The notes: generated by a model not told the origin, from the letters alone. Numbered from the stretch's first letter, positions 19,585-32,094 are shown. The stretch: DNA of 64,000 nucleotides from an uncultured Acidobacteriota bacterium (GCA_963827655.1 CAWHCF010000041.1:1-64000), one strand, 5' to 3'. Numbers and translations: made by a program.

Positions 19585-22500
19585 CTACGAGTTGTCCTCA
19601 AGCGCGTACTCGACGGCTTGCGTCAACGACATCGCCCGGCCGTCGGATAATGCAGTCTGAAACGCGCTATCGCCCAGGGACTCCTTTGCTCGGTCAAAGT
19701 ACGAATCGCGAAACAATTTGATTGAGGGTGGTAAGGCTGAGCCCACACTTTCGAGCAATCCGTCCGAAGCTCCCCACAAGCGCGCCGCACGCGCGGCCTC
19801 GCTTTGGGCCGCTTCCGCCGCTGCAAATGATTCCAAGCACCAGGCCGTGCCGCGATGGTCGGATAATTCCTGGTTGAGCCTGATCGCTTCGGCGCCCAGG
19901 TGTTTGGCCACAGTCATAGTGTCCCTGCAGTACTCGGAGCGCGGCGACGTTGCTCAGCGTCATGCCGATAGTCCATTTGTCTCCCGTTCGGCGATGCCGT
20001 ACCAGTGCCTCTTCGTAGAGCGGGCCGGCCCGCTCGTAGTCACCCATGTACTGGGCGCACAGCGCAAGGAACATGAGCGACCCGCCCTCGAGCCATAGAT
20101 GTCCGCCGGCAATTGCAGCGGCGTGAGCCTCAGCTGCAAGCTTTGCGGTCCCTTCCAGGTTGCCGCCCGCCATTGCCAAGGCTGACTGCATGAAAAGTGA
20201 GAACGAGACGGCCCACATATCTTCGGCTTGCCGGCCAAGAGCCAGACTCTCTTCCAGATACGTCTCGCGTGCCGGCGTAGTCGCCCAGGAAGAACGTCAT
20301 GTGACTCAGTCCGATGAGCGCTTTGGCCCGCAGCGCTGTGGATCGTCTGGTGTCGACCGACAGTGCGCGCGCCAACCATTGGCGCCCTTCGCCGAAGTAG
20401 CCACGCTTGGTCCAGAACCAGAACAGTGCGGCAGCCAGTTCCAGACCCTTTTCGCCATGTCCCGGGGCGGCCAGACACCAATCCAGAGCTGCGCGCAGGT
20501 TGTCGTGTTCCAGTTGCAGCCGGTTCAGCCATATCACCTGATCCGGTCGTTGCAGTTCCGGTTCTGCGCGTCGAGCCAATTCGAAGAAAAAGGCGAGATG
20601 GAGTTCCCGTAGTCGTTCGGCTTCACCCGAGCGCAGCAAGCGCACCTGTCCGTACTGACGAACCGTCTCCAGGAAGCGATACCGGCGGTTTCCGGTGGCA
20701 TCCTCTTCAACATTGACCAGCGACTTGTCGACCAGGCGCGACAGCAGATCCAGCATCTCGTCCCTTTCAATCCCTTCGCCGGAACACACGTCCTCCGCCG
20801 CTTCCAATGTCCATCCCCCTGGGAAAACAGAGAGCCGGCACAACAGACGCCGTTCCATCTCCGAAAGCAGGTCGTAGCTCCAGTCGACTGTCGCTTCGAG
20901 CGTCCGCTGCCGCGCCCCGGCGGTCCGGCTGCCTCCGGTGAGCAGACGGAACCGATCTTTCAGCCGGACATTGATCTGCTCCACCGACAACACCTTGATT
21001 CGCGCAGCGGCCAATTCGATCGCCAGCGGGATACCATCAAGTCGATGACAAACCTCAGCGACTGTCGCCATGTTGGCCTTGGTGATTGCGAACATGGGTT
21101 CCACCGCGGCGACCCGTTCGACAAACAGCCGGACGGCCTCATACTCGAGCAGCGCTTCCGGCGAGAGCGCCTGCGCCGGCGCCGGCAGCGAAAGAGATGG
21201 GACATGCCAGACCGTCTCGCCCGAGATGCCCAGCGCCTCGCGGCTGGTCGCGAGGATGTGCAGGCCCGTGCCCGCTCGCAGCAGCGTCTCGGCCAGTTCC
21301 GCACAGGCGGTGATCAGGTGTTCACAGTTATCCAGCACCAGCAGGAGTTGCCGAGGGCGGACATAGTCGGAAAGCACTTCGACCAGGGAGCGATTCGGTC
21401 CTTCCTGAACCTTCAGCACGGAGGCGGCCGACTGAGGGACCAGGTCCGGCTCTGAAAGAGGCGCCAGATCCACAACCCAAACGCCATCCCGGAACTGTTC
21501 CAGCAGATCCGCCGCCACCTGCAGCGCCAGCCGCGTCTTGCCGCAACCGCCCGCCCCCGTCAGTGTCAGCAGTCGTGTGGATGAGAACAGACGCCGGATC
21601 TCCGCAATCTCCCGCTGCCGTCCGATAAAGCTCGTCAGCTGTACGGGCAGATTGTGACGGCGAGCTTCCGGACCGCGGACTGCGCATCTGTGTTCTGTTT
21701 CAGATTGCGTAAGTCCACCAGAACATCCCGCGCCGACTGGTACCGCCGCTCGACATCTTTCTCCAGACATTTGCCTATAATCCTCTCCAGTTCCGAAGGC
21801 ACGTTGTCGTTGATGAGGGCAATCGGTTCCGGCTGCGCGTTCTGGATCAGATCCATGGTCTCGGCCCTCGTAGCGCCCACGAAAGGCAGGCGGCCCGTTG
21901 CCATCTCGTAGAGGGCGATGCCCAGGCTGAAAATGTCACTGCGGTGGTCGACCTCGCGCCCCAACACCTGCTCGGGACTCATGTGCGGCACCGATCCGAC
22001 GATGATTCCTGCCACCGTCTTTGATCCACTGCTCGTTTCGTTCGTCAGCGTCTGACATTCCGTCGCGGCCATCTTCGCCACTCCGAAATCCAGTACCTTC
22101 ACCTGCCCTCGCGCGGTGATCATGAGGTTGGCGGGCTTGATGTCGCGGTGTGTGATTTCCTTCGCATGGGCGGCTTCCAGCGCATCGGCCACCTGTCCGC
22201 CGATCTCTACAATTGCGCCCGTATCCACAGGCCGGCCGCCAATCTTCTCCGCCAGAGTCTGGCCTTCCACGTATTCCATGGCGATAAAGCATACTCCGTC
22301 ATCCTCTCCAACATCGTAGACAGTGGCCACGTTCGCATGATTCAGGGCCGATGCCGCTCGCGCCTCACGCATGAACCGCTGCATCCGGTCCGCGTCCGAT
22401 GCCATATCCGGCGGCAGAATCTTCAGCGCCACCTTCCGGTCGAGCCGCGGGTCCTGGGCCAGGTAGACTTCTCCCATGCCGCCGGCGCCCAGCAACGAAA

Positions 22501-22753
22501 GAACCTGGTAGTGACTGAGCTTCCGTCCCACCAACCGGATGTCCGGATCCTCGATCAAGGTCGTCGCGGCTACTTCGATGGCCGGCGCCTCCATGAAGGG
22601 TTCGGCCTCCTCCTGATAAGCCAACAGGGATTGCACTTCCCTGCGCAGCGCTTCGTCCCCTGCACACGCTTCGTCAAGAAAGACCGCCTGCTCGACCGCG
22701 TCTTTACCCAGCGCCGCCTGATATAGCTGTTTTACCTTCTCCCAGCTCTCCAT
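19585..22753 (-). CDS. Cytoplasmic Ser/Thr kinase fused to STAND/NB-ARC-like ATPase and TPR-like helices (frameshifts near 21650, 20250, 19915)
   Basis: Kinase motifs GAGGMGEVY, HRDIKPAN, DFG; NLPVQLTSFIGR, Walker A GAGGCGKT, LLVLDNCE, GIPLAI, WSY.LL; AARLWGA C-terminal helical repeats; no TM segment seen. Confidence 0.88.
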
Positions 22754-22818
22754 GATTCAAACCATCAGAGGACGCTTGTCAGGCACGGATTACAGGCATC
22801 CGCACGCGCTGCCCTTTC

Positions 22819-22854
22819 CAATGTAGGCGCCATTAAACTCGAAAACCTGTCATC
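22819..22854 (-). promoter_or_regulatory. Putative ECF promoter upstream of the kinase-STAND gene
   Basis: GATGACAGGTTTTCGAGTTTAATGGCGCCTACATTG on the minus strand; near-duplicate at 19453-19488. Confidence 0.7.
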
Positions 22855-22894
22855 GGACCTCATTTTGCTATCGCGATGACCGACGTCAGCGGGG

Positions 22895-22903
22895 TGCTAT
22901 AAT
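22895..22903 (+). promoter_or_regulatory. Extended -10 sigma70 promoter of the ECF gene
   Basis: TGCTATAAT 33 bp upstream of the ATG. Confidence 0.65.
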
Positions 22904-22936
22904 CCGCGATCAGTCGTTCGACTCGGCAGCCAGCTT

Positions 22937-23530
22937 ATGACCGCGCACCCTCAACCCGACGTCACTGAACTCCTCCTTGCCTGGGGCAACGGGGATTCAT
23001 CTGCCCTCGAACAGTTAGTTCCCATCGTCTATCAAGAGCTTCGCCGTCTGGCGAAACACTACATGCGGCAAGAACGCCAGGGCCATACGCTCGAAGCAAC
23101 CGCGCTGGTTAATGAAGCCTATCTGCGACTGATCGACCTGAACCGGATCCAGTGGCAAGACCGCGCCCATTTCTTTGCGGTCGCGGCGCAGACGATGCGG
23201 AGGATTCTGGTGGAATTTGCCCGCCGGCGCAACCGGCAAAAGCGTGGCGGCCATGGGCAACAGGTGGCGCTGGATGAAGCAGCGGCGGTCTCTCGAGACC
23301 AAGGAGTGGATCTGGTCGCCCTGAATGAGGCACTGCGCGGCTTGGCCGCGGTTGATGCCCGCATGAGCCAGGTGGTCGAGTTGCGATTCTTTGGCGGGCT
23401 AAGCATCGAAGAGACGGCGGAAGTGCTGAAGGTATCGCCCGAAACCGTGATGCGGGACTGGAGAACGGCAAAGGCATGGCTGCTCCGCGAGCTCAGCCGC
23501 TCAAGATCCGCGGAAAGTAAACGCTCGTGA
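22937..23530 (+). CDS. ECF sigma factor, TIGR02999/ECF43 type (kinase-associated)
   Basis: VTELL.AW..GD, ELRRLA, HTLEATALVNEAYLRL, WQDRAHFFAVAA..MRRIL, LRFFGGLS.EETAE.L.VS..TV.RDW. Confidence 0.92.
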   Translation: MTAHPQPDVTELLLAWGNGDSSALEQLVPIVYQELRRLAKHYMRQERQGHTLEATALVNEAYLRLIDLNRIQWQDRAHFFAVAAQTMRRILVEFARRRNRQKRGGHGQQVALDEAAAVSRDQGVDLVALNEALRGLAAVDARMSQVVELRFFGGLSIEETAEVLKVSPETVMRDWRTAKAWLLRELSRSRSAESKRS

Positions 23531-23759
23531 GATTCAGGTATCCGTCTCCTGAACCAGTCGAAGACACGTCGCTACCTGTTGGCTGGAAGGTTCATATTCT
23601 AGTTCTACCTTAAGAGTAAAGCCTAAGCCTTCTATTCCGCAATATTAATTGTAACTTTGTTCGGTTAGGCACCGGAAGCTAGAAACCAGAATTTCCCCAA
23701 TAAATCCACCGAGCCGTGGAATCCAGAGTCCACCGCGTTCGCGTACGTTGCTATGATCG

Positions 23760-25091
23760 CTATAACCTTCGGATGTAAAGCACCCAATCATTGGCGTCCG
23801 GCGCCGTGAAAGTCGGTCCCCCGATGGCGGGCTGCGCCACCCCACTCCGCGGGTTGAACCACGTGGCTATGTACTGTGTGGGCAGGTTCGAAACTGTCGT
23901 GCTCCCTCCCGACATCAGATATATGACGTATTCGTCTCCGGTTCGCGCGTAGCACCACCCGTTCGTGACCAAATTGTCCGACGGAACCATCCCGACTAGA
24001 TTTACGTTCAGGTCCATTAGAAATTTTCGCGTGTAACCGACGTACCGCATCCCGTCAGCAACATCTTGCGAATCCAGATCAGCCTGCTTCCACATCGCAA
24101 AGTGAAAGAAGTCCAAATGCCCACCGGCCGTCAGAACCCCCCAAGCCTCGTTGCGCCGATAGGTCGGTGTAAAGACTTCAATCGACGAGTCGTTATTCGC
24201 GATTAAAGGCTTATTCCATGAGTGAGCCGACACCATATCGGAATGGGCAAGGCGCACATCCGGATACAAAAAGTAGCCGGGCGTATTCTCATGGTTTGGT
24301 ATGTCCCGCGGCATCACCAGGTGTGGCGTGAACCCCTGCGATTGCTCATATGAGGTGATGTAGGACGCCATTGCAAGCTGCCAGGGCATCCCTCGGTTTT
24401 CGGGGAACGCCTCGTTGCAAACCTCCCAAATAATGTTCGGAAAATTTCCCAGGGTGTCGATCACCTTGGCGACGAGTGCTCTTCGGTATCCTTCCGCGCG
24501 ATTGTTGTTGTACCATTGGGTCGCGTTGGTCACATTAACGCCATTGATATTGTTGTTTTTCACGTAGAAGTCGTGCTTGAGCCCCCACTCGTGCTGGAGG
24601 TCGCCGTTATTTACGACCACCCAGGCACCGCCATGCCAGAAATCGAAAATGCTCAATTGAATGACAATCCCTCTCTCGAGGGCGTATTCCACAACCTGCC
24701 GAAAGTAATCGAAGTGGTCTTGATTGAACTTGGTCAAATCAAACCGGGGCCGGCCATCATTTGCTAGCCCAGGGCCCGTGCGCTGGTAGGGAACCCTCAG
24801 ATCTCCATAGGGCTGTCCTGCACTAAACCAGTTGCGGAACGAGTTGATACCGTTGGCTGCCTGCTTATCCATCAAGGATTGATAGCGCGAGGCAATCGGG
24901 TTCGCCTGATCGAGCAGCATGGCAAGCCCAGGGGTGTATCCGGCTAGATACCACGTCGACGTGTTCACGATGAAGCGGTGCGGATCGTTTGGATGAACCC
25001 GTGGTACGGAGGTTTGCTGGCCGTAGACCGACGCGAGCGAAAGTCCAACCGCAAGAAACACAACTCCGCAAAATCCTGTAACGTTCTTCAT
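23760..25091 (-). CDS. Secreted glycoside-hydrolase-like TIM-barrel protein (DUF4038/DUF6298-like) with C-terminal putative collagen-binding domain
   Basis: Signal peptide; RFDLTKFNQ.HFDYF; IIWEVCNE; WFNPRSG...FTAP...DWVLYI C-terminus; GAGGAGG RBS; lower GC than flanks. Confidence 0.7.
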   Translation of the reverse strand: MKNVTGFCGVVFLAVGLSLASVYGQQTSVPRVHPNDPHRFIVNTSTWYLAGYTPGLAMLLDQANPIASRYQSLMDKQAANGINSFRNWFSAGQPYGDLRVPYQRTGPGLANDGRPRFDLTKFNQDHFDYFRQVVEYALERGIVIQLSIFDFWHGGAWVVVNNGDLQHEWGLKHDFYVKNNNINGVNVTNATQWYNNNRAEGYRRALVAKVIDTLGNFPNIIWEVCNEAFPENRGMPWQLAMASYITSYEQSQGFTPHLVMPRDIPNHENTPGYFLYPDVRLAHSDMVSAHSWNKPLIANNDSSIEVFTPTYRRNEAWGVLTAGGHLDFFHFAMWKQADLDSQDVADGMRYVGYTRKFLMDLNVNLVGMVPSDNLVTNGWCYARTGDEYVIYLMSGGSTTVSNLPTQYIATWFNPRSGVAQPAIGGPTFTAPDANDWVLYIRRL

Positions 25092-25577
25092 TGGCCACCT
25101 CCTCAATTGGTTTCGCCAAATGGCCCTCATGCTTTGACATGACCCATTTCCCTCGGAGGGTCTCGAGTTCGCATCTAGCCTCTCATTCAGCATAAAACTG
25201 ACGCGGCAGAAGCTTAATGTAAACTCAACAGGTGCAACTGTGCTGCTCGCGGATAAGGACCGCCAGATTCGCGGTAAGCACGAGCCCGATTTGAGATCGC
25301 TAGATGGACACATGAGACATAGAATGGCGGCTAACAAATGTGTCACAGACCGGATCGCATCATAAGCGCCCCAAGATGAACCATGAGTGCGCTCAATATA
25401 CCAGATTGTCTTCCGGGGTGGTGCTTTCTCTCAGCGGGACATGCTTGGGTCATTTCGAAATGTGAGACTGAAAAGGAGCTCTGCGATGAAATCTCGGTTT
25501 CTCGGACTCTTCTGAATAGCCATGACCCTCACGGTGCCTCAAGCCATCGAATTACAAGGTCGTAACTGCTTTTTTTT

Positions 25578-25700
25578 GGCAAAGATTCTTTGTGTCTTTG
25601 GTCCTGGTGGTATTTTGTTTAACAGCTCTAACCACGAAGACACCAAGACACGAAGAAACACTAAGAGTACTTGGATTGCGGCCATCCGGCCGCGCTGTGC
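25578..25700 (-). repeat. Tandem-armed hairpin element copy 3 (near complete)
   Basis: Reverse complement aligns end-to-end with 48019-48137, including the terminal GATTGCGGCC..GGCCGCGCTGTG hairpin. Confidence 0.9.
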
Positions 25701-25939
25701 ACTCGTGGTAACCGCGGTCTCCACCTTTCTTCTTGACTGAATGCTCGCTAAGCTCTAGCTTAGTGCCACCTCCCGGCTCAATACTCGAAGGGTTGGCCGG
25801 CTCGATTTGCTCGAAAGATCAACCGCCCTGGCACTAGTTCGGAGTGAGTTAGCGGTGCCGGTTTGTGCTGGCGCCGCTTTGCGAGGTTTGAATGGGCTAC
25901 CCCGCCTGGATCTTACTATCTCAACTTGAGGGAAAGAGC

Positions 25940-28900
25940 ATGTTCAGACGGAGAGATGTTTCGAAGTTTGTGTTTTTGATGATTCTGATGATTGCTGCGC
26001 CGCTGTACGCGCAGTTCGACCGAGGCCAGATCTCAGGTTTCGTGAAAGATCCATCGGGACTGTTCGTGCCCGGGGCTACGGTCGTGGTGCTCAACGAGGC
26101 TACCAATACCAGCCGATCCACCATCACGGAAACCGGCGGGTTTTACATTGTTCCCGGACTCGACGTGGGCTACTACACCGTGAGCGTCGAGATCGCGGGT
26201 TTCAAGAAGTACGTCAAGGAGAAGGTCAAGGTTGATGCCAATGCAAAGGTGGCGCTCGATGTTGCCCTGGATATCGGCGCTCAGAACGAGGTCGTGACTG
26301 TTTCCTCCGAGACCAGCGAGCTGCAAAGAGACACCGCTCAGCTGGGCAGAATCATAGACTCAGGTCAGATCGCCAACCTCGTCGTGTTCGGCCGCAACCC
26401 CCAGAACCTCGTTCGCCTGAAAGCCGGCGTCGTCCGCAGCGGAGCCCCGGCGAGCGGTGAATCGAACACCGATGGCGGCTTCAATATCGCCGGCAGCCGC
26501 GGGGACGAAAACGTGGTGATCCAGGATGGCGCCATCCTCACGCGAACGCGTTCGGCGGGGCAGATCGCCGGGCCGTTGAATATCGACACCATACAAGAAG
26601 TGCAGGTATTGACTACGGACTACGCCGCCGAGTACGGGCGCTCCTCCGGAGGCCAGATCCGGTATGTCAGCAAGGGCGGCAGCCGGGATTTCCACGGCGG
26701 CATTTTCCACAGCTTCCGCAACGCGGCGCTGGACGCCAACACCTGGACCCGTAACCAGAACCCCGACATCGAACAGAGCCGCCGTCCGTCGCCGTTTCGC
26801 TACAACCAGTTCGGATTCGACATTGGCGGGCCGGTCCTTCTGCCAGGCGGGTTCAACAGTGGAAGAGACAAGCTCTTCTTCTACTATGCCCAGGAATGGA
26901 TCAGGAGACGATCCGAGGGCTCGAGAACGTGGACCGTTCCATCGGCCGCCATGAAAAGAGGTGATTTCAGCGAACTTCTCGATCCGGCGAACCGGTTAAT
27001 CAGCAGAAGGTTCGAAATCATCGACCCTCAGACCGGAAGCCCTTTTCCGAACAATGTGATTCCGTCCAACCGTCTGAGCCCGAACGGAACAGCGCTTCTC
27101 AGGTCCTATCCCGACCCGATTCCGGGCTTCACGCCTGCGGGATCGACGCAGAACTTCTATGAGGCGGTTCCCGAGGTGTTCGATTACGCCAAGGAATTGC
27201 TGAAGATCGACTACCTGCCGAACGCCAGGCATCGGGTATCGTTCCGCGGCTCGTTGTTTCAATGGTTTCAGCTCGGTAGAACCGAAACCGCAGATCGCCC
27301 GAACCGATCCGCCACGCTGAGCTGGACCTGGACCGTGAGGAACAACTTCATCAATGAAGCCAACGCTTCGCCGACGGTCGACGTCGTCAACATCGACCTT
27401 GCGCCGGATCAGCTCGAAAAGTACCAGAAACGATCCCAGTACGGCATCAACTACCCGTATCTTTTCCCGGGAACCAAGGTGCGGGACGACAAGATCCCCA
27501 CGCTCACTTGGGATCGACTCACTACGAATGACGGCAGCCGCCTGCCGCTCGCTTCTTCCGGTCCGATCTACCTGTTCAGCGACACCATGACCTGGATCAA
27601 GGGTACCCACATGTCTCAAGTGGGGTGTGGTCTTCGAACGCTCGGGAGAGAACGATTACGACCAGATCAACGTGTCGACCACGGTCCCGGGGGCGACCAA
27701 CAATGCCAACGGACAATTCGAATTCAGAGACAGCCGTGTGAACGGGACCGGGCTTGCCATCGCCAACGCGGCTCTTGGTCTCTTTACCAACTACGGGGAG
27801 GTTGGCCGGCGGTCGTATACGCCCTGGCGCGCCACGGCGATGGACCTGTTCATCCAGGACAGCTGGAAGATACGCCCCAACTTCACGCTCGAATACGGCG
27901 TCCGCTACGTTCTCTGGCCGCCCTGGCACAGCCTGTGGGGAAATATCGCCCAGTTCGATCCGCGTTTTTATGACGCGGCCAATCGGGCAGTGGTGGACCG
28001 CGCGGCTGGTTTCATCGTCAGCGGCGATCCCTACAACGGAATCGTCCTGCCCGGCGACAGCTGGCCCGATGCTGCGCAGGGTAGAGTCGATGTCGCGGCC
28101 GACCGCTCCTTCGACCGGCTCTTCCATGGATTGCCCGACGGACTGGCTCCAACCCACAAGAAGGTCTTCGAGCCGCGGCTCGGCATGGCCTGGTCCTTTA
28201 ATCAGCAAACCGTGCTGCGCGCCGGCGCCGGGATGTTTCACAACCGGACGCTGCTCAACGATTCGACGCTGTTAGGCGGCAACGCTCCCATCCAGCCGCT
28301 CTCGGGCGTGAGCGACGGCCTCGTCGACGCCCCCGGCGGTTCGATCCAGAGACAATGGCCTTTCCTGATCACGGCCAATCCTTACGATTTCAACCACCCG
28401 ACCGCGTGGGCCTGGAACCTGACCGTCCAGCGCCAGTTACCCGGGGGCATGACGATCGAATCGGCCTACGTCGGGCGGCGTTCCTATCGCCTGCCGCGCG
28501 AGCGTAACCTCAACCAGTTGCTCACCGGAGCCAGGCAGGCGAACCCCGGAGCCAATACCGACTTCCTGAGGCCGTACACTGGGACTGGGAATCATCCGGA
28601 TTTCCGAGCATGTGGCCTCGGGCTGGTACAACGGCTGGCAGAACGAAATCAACCGGCGTTTCAGTAACGGCCTGGGTCTCGGGATCGCGTACACCTGGTC
28701 GAGAACAACCAGCAACGCCGACAACAAGCGCACGCTATTGCCGGACGCCTACGATGACTCGAACATGTGGGGTGTCTCCAACCAGCACCGCAAGCATTCG
28801 TTCATCGGCCACTACGTGTACGATCTTCCCTTCCTGCGAAACACCCGGAACTGGGTGGGCACGGCCTTCGGCGGCTGGCAGGTTTCGGGCATCACGGAAT

Positions 28901-29379
28901 GGCAGTCGGGAGGCCCCATCAACACGGGAGACCAGATTTTTGGCGCCGGCTGGCGTACCTGGGACCAGGCCGGGGTCGGAAACGGCAGCGGCGCCCAGCC
29001 CTACAACCTGGCGGGAAATCCGTTCGTGGCCGATCCGAAGTTTTCCGTCGGGGTGGCCTACGACCAGAACTTCTTCTTCGATCCTGCAGCCTTTGCGCCA
29101 CCGGCGGCGGGAACCTACGGCAACGTGGGGCGAAACATCATCATAGGTCCGAATCAGGTCAACTGGGATCTCTCGCTGGTCAAGCAGTTCAACTTCATGG
29201 AGAATAAGTCGTTCCAGATCCGAGCCGAGTTCTATAACTTCCCCAACCATCCTAACTGGAACAACCCGACGGGCGATCCCAACAGCTCCACCTTCGCGCG
29301 TGTAACGGGAAAGGGCGGCACGGCGAGTACGACGGGGGGTAACCGGCAGATCCAGATCACCACGACCTTTCGGTTCTAG
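25940..29379 (+). CDS. TonB-dependent receptor, Oar-like with carboxypeptidase-regulatory domain (frameshifts near 27615 and 28590)
   Basis: ISGFVKDPSG..VPGATV, AEYGRSSGGQI, NQFG..GGP, QDSWKI, C-terminal RQIQITTTFRF. Confidence 0.9.
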
Positions 29380-29669
29380 CGCTCGGCGTCAGCGATGGTC
29401 ACGATCCCCTGTCTCCGCCCCGGGTTGTGCGAGTCGTCCACGACCCGGGCAGTGCGGGTCGCGACCCGGGCCGGCTGCACCAACGCCGTGGCCACGGATT
29501 CCACAGAAATCACAGAGCTGACATTTGCTGAAATCCGGCCCTGCTTGAGGTTCTTGCACACTGCTTCTGACTTGCCTCACGAGACTCCCCCTTCCCTCCG
29601 CCGGCACCTTTCGCCTGACGATTCGAGATCAAGCACCGCAATGACCGCGCACAGCTGCCCACGGCGAAT

Positions 29670-29720
29670 ATAGACATTTGTATATTTCTCTCTTGACAAA
29701 TAGACAATTGTCTATAATGT
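29670..29720 (+). promoter_or_regulatory. BlaI-type tandem operators overlapping a sigma70 promoter
   Basis: Perfect palindrome ATAGACAATTGTCTAT (29700-29715) and imperfect ATAGACATTTGTATAT (29670-29685). TTGACA at 29693-29698; TATAAT/TAATGT at 29713-29720. Confidence 0.85.
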
Positions 29721-29766
29721 TTGTTCTAACGGAACTCGCGGAACTTTAAACCGGAGACGAACGAGC

Positions 29767-30171
29767 ATGGCTGGACTCAGACTGCCGGAAGCCGAACTGG
29801 ATGTGCTGGCGTGCCTCCACAAGCAGGGGAAAGCGACGGCGCGCCAGATTCGCGAGGCCCTGGCACGCGTCCGTCCGATGACGCACGGTTCGGTGGTAAC
29901 CCTGCTGCGCCGGCTCGAATCGAAGTCGCTGGTGCGAAGGCAGAAAGGCGACAGCGGAAAGGCGTTCATCTACGAACCCGCCCGGGATCCCGCTCCGACC
30001 TACCGCAATCTGGTAAGGAAGCTTCTCCAACGTGCGTTTGGCGGCGACAGCCTGGCGCTGGTTACGTCCTTGTTCGAGACCAAGCCGCCTACGGCGGAGG
30101 AGCTGGTGGAACTCGAGCGGCTGCTCGAGCGATTGCGGGCGAAAGGAAAGACTCACCGGAGACAGCAATGA
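29767..30171 (+). CDS. blaI: BlaI/MecI/CopY family transcriptional repressor
   Basis: LPEAELDVL..L...G.ATA..I, TLLRRLESK..V.R, AFIY, F.GD...LV..L; stop overlaps the next start (ATGA). Confidence 0.9.
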   Translation: MAGLRLPEAELDVLACLHKQGKATARQIREALARVRPMTHGSVVTLLRRLESKSLVRRQKGDSGKAFIYEPARDPAPTYRNLVRKLLQRAFGGDSLALVTSLFETKPPTAEELVELERLLERLRAKGKTHRRQQ

Positions 30172-32094
30172 CGGAATTCCTGAATCAGACCGGATCGGCA
30201 TGGTGGTATTACTTCGCGCAGGCGGCATGGCAGGCGACGCTGCTGGCTCTGCTCATTCTGATTGTCGTCCGGCTGCGTCCCCGCTGGCCCGCGCGACTGC
30301 ACTGGGGATTGCTGATGATTGCGGTTCTCAAATTCGCGCTCCCGCCTCTGGTGCCTGTCCCGGGGGACATTCTCGACCGGCTCCTGCCCGGTCTTGAGCG
30401 GCCGGAGCAGCCTTCGCAAGCGGCGCCACGCGCCGGGCTGACGCGCGCGTCGGAGTCGGCCGGAACCGGTCCGGCAAGGGCTCGTCCAGGCCAGGAATCT
30501 GCATCCGCTATCGTTGCCCATCTCGATTGGAGGGCGTGGCTGATGATGCTGCATCTCGCCGGCGCCGGCTTGCTCCTGGGCCTGATTGCAGCGCATCAAA
30601 AACGGCTCATGCGCATTCGAGGCGCGGCGCGGCTGGTGGGTGAGGAGGAGCTGGAGAGCCCCCTGGCCGATCTGATTCGCGGCGACGGAGTCCGGAGAGG
30701 ACCCGAACTTCGAGTGTCGGAGAACGCGGGCCCGCTCGCCATGGGAATTTTTCGGCCGGCTATCGTGATACCACGCGCCCTGCTCGAGCGTTTGCCGGGT
30801 CGCGAGTTACGAATCGTCCTCGCCCACGAGCTTGCGCACATGAGGCGGGGGGACCTCTGGACGCAGGTTCTCACGATCGCCCTGCTCGCCATGTGGTGGT
30901 TTCATCCGCTCTACTGGGTTCTGCTCTTCAAGGTGCGACGAGTGCGCGAAGACTGCTGCGACGACGACGTGATTGCGCGCGGATTCGCCACTCCCGACGA
31001 GTACTGCGCCGCCCTGCTCCACACCTCTGTCGCCCTGGGCTCGAATCGATTCAATCATGGGCGCGAGCCTCGCTTTTGCCGAGAGCCTTCACCCGATCGC
31101 CGGAAGATTGCGCCGGATCATGGAAGAGGACATCCCCCGCCCCGCTCGAATTTCAACGCCCTCGCGTATTGCTATCGCCGTGACTGCAGCGCTCGTTCTT
31201 CCCGGAATCAGGCCGGCGGGAGGCAGGGCGCCCGGCAACGGCGGAACCCGGCAAATATCGGAATCTGCCGGCGTCACCGCACAGGAACGATCTGCAGTTG
31301 CGGAGCTTCTTTCCAACGACCCGATCAGCAGGGCCTCGGCTGCATGCAGGCTTGGACGCATGCAGGCCGTCAACGCAATTCAGGCGCTGAGCGCGTTGCT
31401 GGCTGACGAGACTACCGTGCCCGACCAGCGCTGCTGGGAGCTTTACGCCTCCTGGAGCCCGGCCTTCAATTCCTGGAAACACTTTTCCCCGGGTGAAGCC
31501 GCCGCCATCGCGCTTGCCTCACTGGGAGGCACGGCGGCCCACTCCTTAATCGCGGCTCTGAATCACCCGGATGCCGCCGTTCGCCGCAATGCCGCTTGGG
31601 CGCTGGGCGAACTCCGGAATCCACGCCTCCCCGGCAATCCCGAGGTGGAGCCCTTGATTCGCACCCTGGCCGATTCCGACGCCTGGGTGCGCCGCACGGC
31701 AGCCTGGGCCCTGGGCGAGACGAAGGATGGCCGGGCCGTCGATCCTCTCAGCAACATGCTCGAGGATCCCGAAGCCGAGGTCAGGAAGCAGGCTGCGGCC
31801 GCCCTGGGCGAAATCCGAAGCGGGCGGGCGACTGTGGCTCTCGTCCATGGACTCGAGGATGGCGACGATCGCGTGCGCCGGCAGGCGGCCTGGGCGCTTG
31901 GTGAAATCGCCGATCCGGCATCCGTCGATCCGCTTTCGGCCGCCCTCACGGATCCCTCGCCGCCGGTGCGCGCCATGGCGGCATGGGCGCTTTCTGAGAT
32001 CGGTGATCGCGGGTCGCCTGGGATTTCCTGTCTCGCTCCCCTCCCTCCCCATCCCCGTCACCATCTCCCTCACCCTCTCCTCGGCGAGGCATAA
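30168..32094 (+). CDS. BlaR1-like M56 metallopeptidase with C-terminal HEAT-repeat domain (frameshift near 31050; 3' end uncertain)
   Basis: TM helices, G.FRP.I..P, AHELAH.RRGD, WWFHPL.W, RE.CCDD; repeated VRR.AAWALGE HEAT units. Confidence 0.85.

Noticed and set aside
19585-22753. Calling the kinase-STAND-TPR protein an Avs-type anti-phage system
   Set aside because: The ATPase-TPR part is of the AfsR/LuxR-regulator type, and the context (ECF partner, shared promoter) favours signalling; no defence-island neighbours.
25869-25882. Sigma54-like TGGC...TTGC upstream of the receptor
   Set aside because: GG-to-GC spacing is 9 nt, not the required 10.
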